A stretch of 64,000 bases of DNA, taken from NCBI GenBank assembly GCA_964016885.1, contig OZ024763.1, forward strand, positions 26,164,001 to 26,228,000, in the 5' to 3' direction. This DNA comes from Eledone cirrhosa. Its lineage: Eukaryota. The position numbers were made by a program, and so were the translations under genes. The notes beneath the pieces were generated by a model. The model did no database searches and had not been told where the DNA came from. It worked only from the letters and a program-made list of their open reading frames with translations. Shown piece by piece: positions 23,153 to 33,600 of the stretch (within the stretch, counting starts at the first letter, position 1; each line of letters starts with the position of its first letter).

Positions 23153-23419
23153 TAAAACATGTCTTTAGAATCACTAGATAAAATATATACCATTTCCTCT
23201 CCCAATTAGCATAATTAACCATATAAAAATCAATTAGACCAAGCTATAAGAATAAAGGCTCCTATGAAGAAATCTCCGACAAATAACCGAAAGCAGCCCC
23301 TTCGCGGCGGCTACAACGGAGTATTTATCGAACATTTCGACAGCATGTAGAAATCGACCAGATATACAGTCAACTAAACACAATTAGGTGTAAAATAAAC
23401 TTAGAAGAAATGCGTACAT

Positions 23420-23454
<35 letters not shown>

Positions 23455-23502
23455 ATCCTTATCGAGCCCTCTTCGGATTTTAGTCTTCACATTTATTATT
23501 AC

Positions 23503-23533
<31 letters not shown>

Positions 23534-23614
23534 TTTTTCAAAGTGGTCTACCCTTCGTGGTAGGGTCTGTACCGTAGATAGAACTCAATGTAATCTGATA
23601 ATGAGTAATCCAGT

Positions 23615-24610
23615 GAAATCCTGTAGTCCATAATGGAGGAGTTTAAGATTGGCTGCCCATGGGAACTCCTGTATGCATATGACCTAACTCTTATAGCTGA
23701 TTTAGAGAAGAAATTCCAAACCTGGAAGCACGGCCTGGGATCAAAAGGTCTTGTAGTCAACTTGGCTAAGACTTAAGTTCTAGTAAGTGGAAATGAAAAC
23801 AGGGCTCAGATCTCCCCAAGGAAATGGCCCTGCTCAGTGTGCAGAAAAGGAGTAGGTAGAAATTCCATCCTATGTCCCAAATGCAAACTATGGATACACA
23901 AGAGATGTAGTGGGATCTCAGGCAGGCTAACACAGACTAGGTTTTACATGTGCCGGTGCACAGGGCCAGTAAGTAACAAGAGCTTCCAGGATACAATGTT
24001 ATTCAGATACCCAGAAGGCTCTGTAGAAGTGGTAGATAGGTTTTGTCACCTGGTGATCAAATCAGCAGTGGAGGTGGGTATTCTGAGAGTACAGGAACCA
24101 GAGTGAGATTGGGTTGGAGAAAGTTCAGGGAGCTACTACCACTAAAGTCTGTCTTAAGCCAGAAGGCTCGTAAGGTTCGTGCTTATCCTGGTTTCATTGC
24201 ATGAAGCAACTGAGAGTACAAGACTGCCCCTGGACAGGATGGCAGTCCATTGCAGGGTTAAACCCCCAGCTATTGCTGGTACTCGTTTTTAGCTGAGTAT
24301 ACTGGATCAATGTGAAATGAAGTGTTTTGCTCAAGAACACAACACACAACCCAGTCCAGGAATCAAACCCACAACATTATGATCGTAAGTCCAACACCCT
24401 TACCACTTGGCCACGTGTCTCTACAAAAGGTTTTCCCCGCAAAATGCAGACTGTATGGTGCATTTATACGAAGGGCAATGTTGCGCAGCAGCAAGACCTG
24501 GGCACTGTGTGCAGAGGACCTGCGAAAATTGGAAAGAAATGAAGCCTCCCTGCTTCAATGGATGTGCAATAGTGAGATACACGAATGGCAAAGCATAAAC
24601 GAACTGCGAG
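23615..24610 (+). pseudogene. Decayed RTE LINE reverse-transcriptase segment with Cys-rich insert, interrupted by a SINE
   Basis: GCPWELLYAYDL (degenerate YADD motif), CSVCRKGVGRNSILCPKCKLWIHKRC, VEVVDRFCHL, KFRELLPL, resuming at TKGF; frameshifts present. Confidence 0.85.
24145..24420 (-). mobile_element. Near full-length tRNA-headed SINE (CORE-like plus V-domain-like body) inserted in the LINE
   Basis: A box TGGCCAAGTGG, B box GGTTTGATTCC, GTGTTCTTGAGCAAAACACTT and AACCCTGCAATGGACTGCCATCCTGTCCAGGGG. Confidence 0.8.
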
Positions 24611-24704
24611 ACTCTTTCCCTTCTATATTAAGCGTAAAACTAATATATTTCTTCATTGTACTGTCATTTGTTTTGTTATTTCTGTTTGTCTTTTGTATAT
24701 ATAC

Positions 24705-25091
24705 ATGTGTGTGTGTGTGTGTGAATGTGTATGTCCCACTGTCAACATTTGTCAACGAGCCCCCTCCCCCACAATAAAACAATGTGTGTATGTGTGTGTG
24801 TATATGTGTGTATGTGTGTGTATATGTATGCATGTGTGTGTATGTATGTATGTGTGAATGTGTGTCCCACAGTCAACATTTGTCAATGAACCCCCTCCCC
24901 CCACTAAAACAATGTGTATATATGTGTATATATATATGTGTGCGTATGTATGTGTGTATGTATGTGTGTCAATGCCCTCCACCCCCAACAAAACAATACC
25001 TGGTGGTATTTTGCTCCAGTTATCTATCTATGCTATCTTTTTATCTCTCTGTCTCTCTCTGTCTGTCTGTCTCCCTCTCTCTCTGTCTCCA

Positions 25092-25125
<34 letters not shown>

Positions 25126-25175
25126 CGTCTCCATGTCTGTCTGTCTCTCTCTCTCCCTCTCTCTCTCTCCCTCTC

Positions 25176-25211
<36 letters not shown>

Positions 25212-25265
25212 GCTCTCTCTCTCTCTATCCTTGTCTCTCTCTGTCTCTCTCTCTCTCATCTGTCT
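24705..25265. repeat. (TG)n and (TC)n/(TGTC)n microsatellites with a duplicated spacer of about 55 bp
   Basis: GTCAACATTTGTCAA..CCCCTCCCCC..TAAAACAATG occurs twice. Confidence 0.85.
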
Positions 25266-25413
25266 ATATGTCTCTCTTCTCTATTGCCTTTCATCCATTC
25301 AAGGTCCACAAAAAAAAAGTACCAGTCAAGTACTGGGGTTGATTCTTTTTCTATATCTCTTTCTCACTCCCTTTTTCTCACTCTTTCTGTTAGGTTTAAA
25401 AAAAAGGCACTAG

Positions 25414-25515
25414 AGACCCCATACGTCAACATAGTGACCCAGGCGCCATATGTCAACATAGCGACCCATGCACCATATGTCAACATAGCGACCCATGCGC
25501 CATGTGTCAACATAA
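25414..25515. repeat. Short tandem repeat, about 24-bp unit, 4 copies
   Basis: CCATATGTCAACATAGCGACCCATGC-type units, giving the APYVNIATH periodicity. Confidence 0.8.
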
Positions 25516-25825
25516 TGGCCCCACAACTTCCTCTGGAGCTACGGGTCCATAACTCATCATATGCTTATTCCTTTTTTATGAAAATCTGCTGGAGAGAAGA
25601 TGGGCCCTACCAGGTTTTTAAAATAATGCCCTAAGGAACAATAAGGTACCCCTTCGACTCCCTCAGAAGTTAAAGGTTCATGCCATAATATACTTATTCA
25701 ATGCTGATAAGCATTGTAACTGGTGGAAATCACACGACAGCCCTCCCCCAACTCATCTTACTTTCGGCCCTCTTTGTCTCTCCCCTCCCCATCTAGACAT
25801 GATGGATCTGAGGTCCCTGGTTTAA

Positions 25826-26041
25826 CCCTTTAACATTTACATTACTCTATATTTACTATTGTATTTTCATGGTAAAGGCTTTACCTCAGGTAATTATCTC
25901 ACATATCGACTCTGAGATTTTGATAGTATTTATATTGAGAACAATACCTTAACATCAGTTTGAGCGACCAGTTACAGCTGGTTTGAACAGAGAGAGGTTA
26001 GAGAATTCTGGCCGGTTTTGGCTGGTTTGAACATTAAAGGG
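25826..26041 (+). mobile_element. Complete piggyBac-type MITE
   Basis: TTAA on both sides; termini CCCTTTAA / TTAAAGGG. Confidence 0.8.
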
Positions 26042-26074
26042 TTAATAACTGATTGTCTAAGAAAGAAATGTATA

Positions 26075-26610
26075 TCCCATCCCAACCCATCTTAAGGGTG
26101 ACTTGCTCTGTTTGATTAGTGACCTGGTTTGTGAAGGACCCGTTAAACCCATGTTAGAGTGTGAAAATATAGGCAACCACACACCCCACACCAACCCATC
26201 TGAGGGGTCACTAGCTTTGTTTCAGTACTTACCTGGTCTTTAAAGACCTGCCCAACTTATGCTAGAGTGAAAATATAGGCCCTTTACACCCCACCATGTC
26301 CCAACTCATCTAAGGGGTCACTAGCTCTGTTTGATTAGTTTGTGAAGGACCTGGTTTGTGAAGGAACCGTCCAACCCATGCTATCAAGGGAAGACGTTAA
26401 ATGATGTTGCTGATGATGTTGATGATTGTGATGATGATGGTGATTGTGGTGATTGTGGTGATGGTGGTAGTGATGTTGGTGATGTTACTGATGATGGAGG
26501 GGATGATACTGATGATGGTGGTGGTGGTGGTGATAGGAATGTTGGTGATGGTGATAGTAATGTTGATGATGATGATGATAGGAATGTTGGTGACAATGCT
26601 AATGATAGAA
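26075..26610 (+). repeat. Three copies of about 110 bp of an RTE-type 3'UTR segment followed by an expanded degenerate (GAT/GGT)n tail
   Basis: CCAACyCATCT.AGGGGTCACTAGCT repeated, then CCAACCCATGCTA..GACGTTAAATGATG. Confidence 0.7.
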
Positions 26611-26727
26611 ATGTTGGTCATACAACAAGGGAATCCAAAGATCAAGTGAATCCAAAGATGGGGTGGGGGCATTGCTGATAAAGATACAGATTGAAACTGT
26701 CTTTTGTAAGATGTTGTGGTTATTAAG

Positions 26728-27285
26728 AGGTTGTTGTGGTTGTTGTGGTGGTGGTGGTTGTTGTGGTGGTTGTAGTTGTTGTTGTGGTTGTTGTTGTAGT
26801 GGTTGTGGTGGTTGTGGTTGTTGTTGTTGTGGTTGTAGTTGTTGTTGTGGTTGTTGTTGTTGTGGTCGTAGTTGTTGTGGTTGTTGTGGTGGTTGTAGTT
26901 GTTGTTGTGGTTGTGGTTGTAGTTGTTGTTGTTGTTGTGGTTGTTGTTGTGGTGGTTGTAGTTGTTGTAGCTGTTGTTGTTGTTGTTGTAGTGGTTGTGG
27001 TTGTTGTGGTGGTTGTTGTGGTGGTTGTGGTTGTGGTTGTGGTTGTGGTTGTTGTTGTTGTTGTGGTTGTGGTTGTGGTTGTGGTTGTTGTGGTGGTGGT
27101 TGTGGTGGTGGTGGTGGTGGTTGTTGTGGTGGTTGTTGTGATGGTTGTAGTTGTTGTTGTGGTTGTAGTTGTTGTTGTTGTTGTGGTTGTTGTTGTGGTT
27201 GTAGTTGTTGTTGTTGTTGTGGTTGTTGTTGTGGTTGTTGTTGTGGTTGTGGTGGTTGTTGTGGTTGTGGTGGTTGATGTTGTTT
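26728..27285. repeat. Compound (GTN)n trinucleotide tract
   Basis: GTT/GTG/GTA mixture held in one phase for about 185 triplets. Confidence 0.95.
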
Positions 27286-27315
27286 GCATGAAGCATTATA
27301 GACTGTATTTACATA

Positions 27316-27606
27316 CATGTGTGTGTATCTGTGTGTCTATGTGCCTCTCTGTGTGTGTGTCTGTATGTGTGTGTCTATGTGCCTCTCTGTGTGTGTGTCT
27401 ATGTGCCTCTGTGTGTGTATGTCTGTATGTATGTCTATGTGACTGTGTGTGTGTCTATGTGCCTCTATGTGTATGTGTGTGCCTCTGTGTGTGTGTGTGT
27501 GTGTCTATGTGCCTCTGTCTGTATGTGTGTGTCTGTGTGCGTGTCTGTGCCTCTGTGTGTATGTCTGTCTAAGTGTCTGTGTGTGTCTGTGTCTGTGTGT
27601 GTGTGT
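27316..27606. repeat. Degenerate (TG)n tract with TCTATGTGCCTC spacers
   Basis: Directly visible. Confidence 0.9.
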
Positions 27607-27630
27607 TTTAGAGCTACAGCAATGCATGTT

Positions 27631-30600
27631 GGGTGGTTTAGTGGTTACAGTGTTTAACTCAAGATGGTAAGGTGGTGGTTTAGTGGTTAGGGGTGTTTAA
27701 CTCAAGATGGTAAGGTGGTGGTTTAGTGGTTAGGGGTGTTTGGCTCAGGATTGTAAGGTGGTGGTTTAGTGGTTAGGGGTGTTTGGCTCAGGATTGTAAG
27801 GTGGTGGTTTAGTGGTTAGGGGTGTTTGGCTCAGGATTGTAAGGTGGTGGTTTAGTGGTTAGGGGTGTTTGGCTCAGGATTGTAAGGTGGTGGTTTAGTG
27901 GTTAGGGGTGTTTGGCTCAGGATAGTAAGGTGGTGGTTTAGTGGTTAGGGGTGTTTAACTCAAGATGGTAAGGTGGTGGTTTAGTGGTTAGGGGTGTTTG
28001 GCTCAGGATTGTAAGGTGGTGGTTTAGTGGTTAGGGGTGTTTGGCTCAGGATTGTAAGGTGGTGGTTTAGTGGTTAGGGGTGTTTAACTCAAGATGGTAA
28101 GGTGGTGGTTTAGTGGTTAGGGGTGTTTGGCTCAGGATTGTAAGGTGGTGGTTTAGTGGTTAGGGGTGTTTGGCTCAGGATAGTAAGGTGGTGGTTTAGT
28201 GGTTAGGGGTGTTTGGCTCAGGATAGTAAGGTGGTGGTTTAGTGGTTAGGGGTGTTTGGCTCAGGATTGTAAGGTGGTGGTTTAGTTGTTAGGGGTGTTT
28301 GGCTCAGGATAGTAAGGTGGTGGTTTAGTGGTTAGGGGTGTTTGGCTCAGGATTGTAAGGTGGTGGTTTAGTTGTTAGGGGTGTTTGGCTCAGGATAGTA
28401 AGGTGGTGGTTTAGTGGTTAGGGGTGTTTGGCTCAGGATAGTAAGGTGGTGGTTTAGTGGTTAGGGGTGTTTGGCTCAGGATAGTAAGGTGGTGGTTTAG
28501 TGGTTAGGGGTGTTTAACTCAAGATGGTAAGGTGGTGGTTTAGTGGTTAGGGGTGTTTGGCTCAGGATTGTAAGGTGGTGGTTTAGTGGTTAGGGGTGTT
28601 TGGCTCAGGATAGTAAGGTGGTGGTTTAGTGGTTAGGGGTGTTTAACTCAAGATGGTAAGGTGGTGGTTTAGTGGTTAGGGGTGTTTGGCTCAGGATTGT
28701 AAGGTGGTGGTTTAGTGGTTAGGGGTGTTTGGCTCAGGATTGTAAGGTGGTGGTTTAGTGGTTAGGGGTGTTTAACTCAAGATGGTAAGGTGGTGGTTTA
28801 GTGGTTAGGGGTGTTTGGCTCAGGATTGTAAGGTGGTGGTTTAGTGGTTAGGGGTGTTTGGCTCAGGATAGTAAGGTGGTGGTTTAGTGGTTAGGGGTGT
28901 TTGGCTCAGGATAGTAAGGTGGTGGTTTAGTGGTTAGGGGTGTTTGGCTCAGGATTGTAAGGTGGTGGTTTAGTTGTTAGGGGTGTTTGGCTCAGGATAG
29001 TAAGGTGGTGGTTTAGTGGTTAGGGGTGTTTGGCTCAGGATTGTAAGGTGGTGGTTTAGTTGTTAGGGGTGTTTGGCTCAGGATAGTAAGGTGGTGGTTT
29101 AGTGGTTAGGGGTGTTTGGCTCAGGATAGTAAGGTGGTGGTTTAGTGGTTAGGGGTGTTTGGCTCAGGATAGTAAGGTGGTGGTTTAGTTGTTAGGGGTG
29201 TTTGGCTCAGGATAGTAAGGTGGTGGTTTAGTGGTTAGGGGTGTTTGGCTCAGGATTGTAAGGTGGTGGTTTAGTTGTTAGGGGTGTTTGGCTCAGGATA
29301 GTAAGGTGGTGGTTTAGTGGTTAGGGGTGTTTGGCTCAGGATTGTAAGGTGGTGGTTTAGTTGTTAGGGGTGTTTGGCTCAGGATAGTAAGGTGGTGGTT
29401 TAGTGGTTAGGGGTGTTTGGCTCAGGATTGTAAGGTGGTGGTTTAGTTGTTAGGGGTGTTTGGCTCAGGATAGTAAGGTGGTGGTTTAGTGGTTAGGGGT
29501 GTTTGGCTCAGGATTGTAAGGTGGTGGTTTAGTTGTTAGGGGTGTTTGGCTCAGGATAGTAAGGTGGTGGTTTAGTGGTTAGGGGTGTTTGGCTCAGGAT
29601 TGTAAGGTGGTGGTTTAGTTGTTAGGGGTGTTTGGCTCAGGATAGTAAGGTGGTGGTTTAGTGGTTAGGGGTGTTTGGCTCAGGATTGTAAGGTGGTGGT
29701 TTAGTTGTTAGGGGTGTTTGGCTCAGGATAGTAAGGTGGTGGTTTAGTGGTTAGGGGTGTTTGGCTCAGGATAGTAAGGTGGTGGTTTAGTGGTTAGGGG
29801 TGTTTGGCTCAGGATAGTAAGGTGGTGGTTTAGTGGTTAGGGGTGTTTGGCTCAGGATTGTAAGGTGGTGGTTTAGTGGTTAGGGGTGTTTGGCTCAGGA
29901 TTGTAAGGTGGTGGTTTAGTGGTTAGGGGTGTTTGGCTCAGGATAGTAAGATGGTGGTTTAGTGGTTAGGGGTGTTTGGCTCAGGATAGTAAGGTGGTGG
30001 TTTAGTGGTTAGGGGTGTTTGGCTCAGGATTGTAAGGTGGTGGTTTAGTGGTTAGGGGTGTTTGGCTCAGGATAGTAAGGTGGTGGTTTAGTGGTTAGGG
30101 GTGTTTGGCTCAGGATAGTAAGGTGGTGGTTTAGTGGTTACAGTGTTTAACTCAAGATGGTAAGGTGGTGGTTTAGTGGTTAGGGGTGTTTGGCTCAGGA
30201 TAGTAAGGTGGTGGTTTAGTGGTTAGGGGTGTTTGGCTCAGGATTGTAAGGTGGTGGTTTAGTGGTTAGGGGTGTTTGGCTCAGGATTGTAAGGTGGTGG
30301 TTTAGTGGTTAGGGGTGTTTGGCTCAGGATAGTAAGATGGTGGTTTAGTGGTTAGGGGTGTTTGGCTCAGGATAGTAAGGTGGTGGTTTAGTGGTTAGGG
30401 GTGTTTGGCTCAGGATTGTAAGGTGGTGGTTTAGTGGTTAGGGGTGTTTGGCTCAGGATAGTAAGGTGGTGGTTTAGTGGTTAGGGGTGTTTGGCTCAGG
30501 ATAGTAAGGTGGTGGTTTAGTGGTTACAGTGTTTAACTCAAGATGGTAAGGTGGTGGTTTAGTGGTTAGGGGTGTTTGGCTCAGGATAGTAAGGTGGTGG

Positions 30601-33600
30601 TTTAGTGGTTACAGTGTTTAACTCAAGATGGTAAGGTGGTGGTTTAGTGGTTAGGGGTGTTTGGCTCAGGATAGTAAGGTGGTGGTTTAGTGGTTAGGGG
30701 TGTTTGGCTCAGGATAGTAAGGTGGTGGTTTAGTGGTTAGGGGTGTTTGGCTCAGGATAGTAAGGTGGTGGTTTAGTGGTTAGGGGTGTTTGGCTCAGGA
30801 TTGTAAGGTGGTGGTTTAGTGGTTAGGGGTGTTTGGCTCAGGATAGTAAGGTGGTGGTTTAGTGGTTACAGTGTTTAACTCAAGATGGTAAGGTGGTGGT
30901 TTAGTGGTTACAGTGTTTAACTCAAGATGGTAAGGTGGTGGTTTAGTGGTTAGGGGTGTTTGGCTCAGGATAGTAAGGTGGTGGTTTAGTGGTTACAGTG
31001 TTTAACTCAAGATGGTAAGGTGGTGGTTTAGTGGTTAGGGGTGTTTGGCTCAGGATAGTAAGGTGGTGGTTTAGTGGTTAGGGGTGTTTGGCTCAGGATA
31101 GTAAGGTGGTGGTTTAGTGGTTAGGGGTGTTTGGCTCAGGATAGTAAGGTGGTGGTTTAGTGGTTAGGGGTGTTTGGCTCAGGATAGTAAGGTGGTGGTT
31201 TAGTGGTTAGGGGTGTTTGGCTCAGGATAGTAAGGTGGTGGTTTAGTGGTTAGGGGTGTTTGGCTCAGGATAGTAAGGTGGTGGTTTAGTGGTTACAGTG
31301 TTTAACTCAAGATGGTAAGGTGGTGGTTTAGTGGTTAGGGGTGTTTGGCTCAGGATAGTAAGGTGGTGGTTTAGTGGTTAGGGGTGTTTGGCTCAGGATA
31401 GTAAGGTGGTGGTTTAGTGGTTAGGGGTGTTTGGCTCAGGATAGTAAGGTGGTGGTTTAGTGGTTAGGGGTGTTTGGCTCAGGATAGTAAGGTGGTGGTT
31501 TAGTGGTTAGGGGTGTTTGGCTCAGGATAGTAAGGTGGTGGTTTAGTGGTTAGGGGTGTTTGGCTCAGGATAGTAAGGTGGTGGTTTAGTGGTTACAGTG
31601 TTTAACTCAAGATGGTAAGGTGGTGGTTTAGTGGTTAGGGGTGTTTGGCTCAGGATAGTAAGGTGGTGGTTTAGTGGTTAGGGGTGTTTGGCTCAGGATT
31701 GTAAGGTGGTGGTTTAGTGGTTAGGGGTGTTTGGCTCAGGATAGTAAGGTGGTGGTTTAGTGGTTAGGGGTGTTTGGCTCAGGATAGTAAGGTGGTGGTT
31801 TAGTGGTTAGGGGTGTTTGGCTCAGGATAGTAAGGTGGTGGTTTAGTGGTTAGGGGTGTTTGGCTCAGGATAGTAAGGTGGTGGTTTAGTGGTTACAGTG
31901 TTTAACTCAAGATGGTAAGGTGGTGGTTTAGTGGTTAGGGGTGTTTGGCTCAGGATAGTAAGGTGGTGGTTTAGTGGTTAGGGGTGTTTGGCTCAGGATT
32001 GTAAGGTGGTGGTTTAGTGGTTAGGGGTGTTTGGCTCAGGATAGTAAGGTGGTGGTTTAGTGGTTAGGGGTGTTTGGCTCAGGATAGTAAGGTGGTGGTT
32101 TAGTGGTTACAGTGTTTAACTCAAGATGGTAAGGTGGTGGTTTAGTGGTTAGGGGTGTTTGGCTCAGGATAGTAAGGTGGTGGTTTAGTGGTTACAGTGT
32201 TTAACTCAAGATGGTAAGGTGGTGGTTTAGTGGTTAGGGGTGTTTGGCTCAGGATAGTAAGGTGGTGGTTTAGTGGTTAGGGGTGTTTGGCTCAGGATAG
32301 TAAGGTGGTGGTTTAGTGGTTACAGTGTTTAACTCAAGATGGTAAGGTGGTGGTTTAGTGGTTAAGGGTGTTTGGCTCAGGATAGTAAGGTGGTGGTTTA
32401 GTGGTTAGGGGTGTTTGGCTCAGGATTGTAAGGTGGTGGTTTAGTGGTTAGGGGTGTTTGGCTCAGGATAGTAAGGTGGTGGTTTAGTGGTTAGGGGTGT
32501 TTGGCTCAGGATAGTAAGGTGGTGGTTTAGTGGTTAGGGGTGTTTGGCTCAGGATAGTAAGGTGGTGGTTTAGTGGTTAGGGGTGTTTGGCTCAGGATAG
32601 TAAGGTGGTGGTTTAGTGGTTAGGGGTGTTTGGCTCAGGATAGTAAGGTGGTGGTTTAGTGGTTAGGGGTGTTTGGCTCAGGATAGTAAGGTGGTGGTTT
32701 AGTGGTTAGGGGTGTTTGGCTCAGGATAGTAAGGTGGTGGTTTAGTGGTTAGGGGTGTTTGGCTCAGGATAGTAAGGTGGTGGTTTAGTGGTTAGGGGTG
32801 TTTGGCTCAGGATAGTAAGGTGGTGGTTTAGTGGTTAGGGGTGTTTGGCTCAGGATAGTAAGGTGGTGGTTTAGTGGTTACAGTGTTTAACTCAAGATGG
32901 TAAGGTGGTGGTTTAGTGGTTAGGGGTGTTTGGCTCAGGATAGTAAGGTGGTGGTTTAGTGGTTAGGGGTGTTTGGCTCAGGATAGTAAGGTGGTGGTTT
33001 AGTGGTTAGGGGTGTTTGGCTCAGGATTGTAAGGTGGTGGTTTAGTGGTTAGGGGTGTTTGGCTCAGGATAGTAAGGTGGTGGTTTAGTGGTTAGGGGTG
33101 TTTGGCTCAGGATTGTAAGGTGGTGGTTTAGTGGTTAGGGGTGTTTGGCTCAGGATAGTAAGGCGGTGGTTTAGTGGTTAGGGGTGTTTGGCTCAGGATA
33201 GTAAGGTGGTGGTTTAGTGGTTAGGGGTGTTTGGCTCAGGATAGTAAGGTGGTGGTTTAGTGGTTAGGGGTGTTTGGCTCAGGATAGTAAGGTGGTGGTT
33301 TAGTGGTTAGGGGTGTTTGGCTCAGGTTAGTAAGGTGGTGGTTTAGTGGTTAGGGGTGTTTGGCTCAGGATAGTAAGGTGGTGGTTTAGTGGTTAGGGGT
33401 GTTTGGCTCAGGATTGTAAGGTGGTGGTTTAGTGGTTAGGGGTGTTTGGCTCAGGATAGTAAGGTGGTGGTTTAGTGGTTAGGGGTGTTTGGCTCAGGAT
33501 AGTAAGATGGTGGTTTAGTGGTTAGGGGTGTTTGGCTCAGGATTGTAAGGTGGTGGTTTAGTGGTTAGGGGTGTTTGGCTCAGGATTGTAAGGTGGTGGT

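Noticed and set aside
26358-27572. Poly-Q/P, poly-N/H, poly-C/G and Asp-rich proteins
   Set aside because: All frames of trinucleotide tracts; the Asp-rich part is an expanded (GAT)n retroelement tail.
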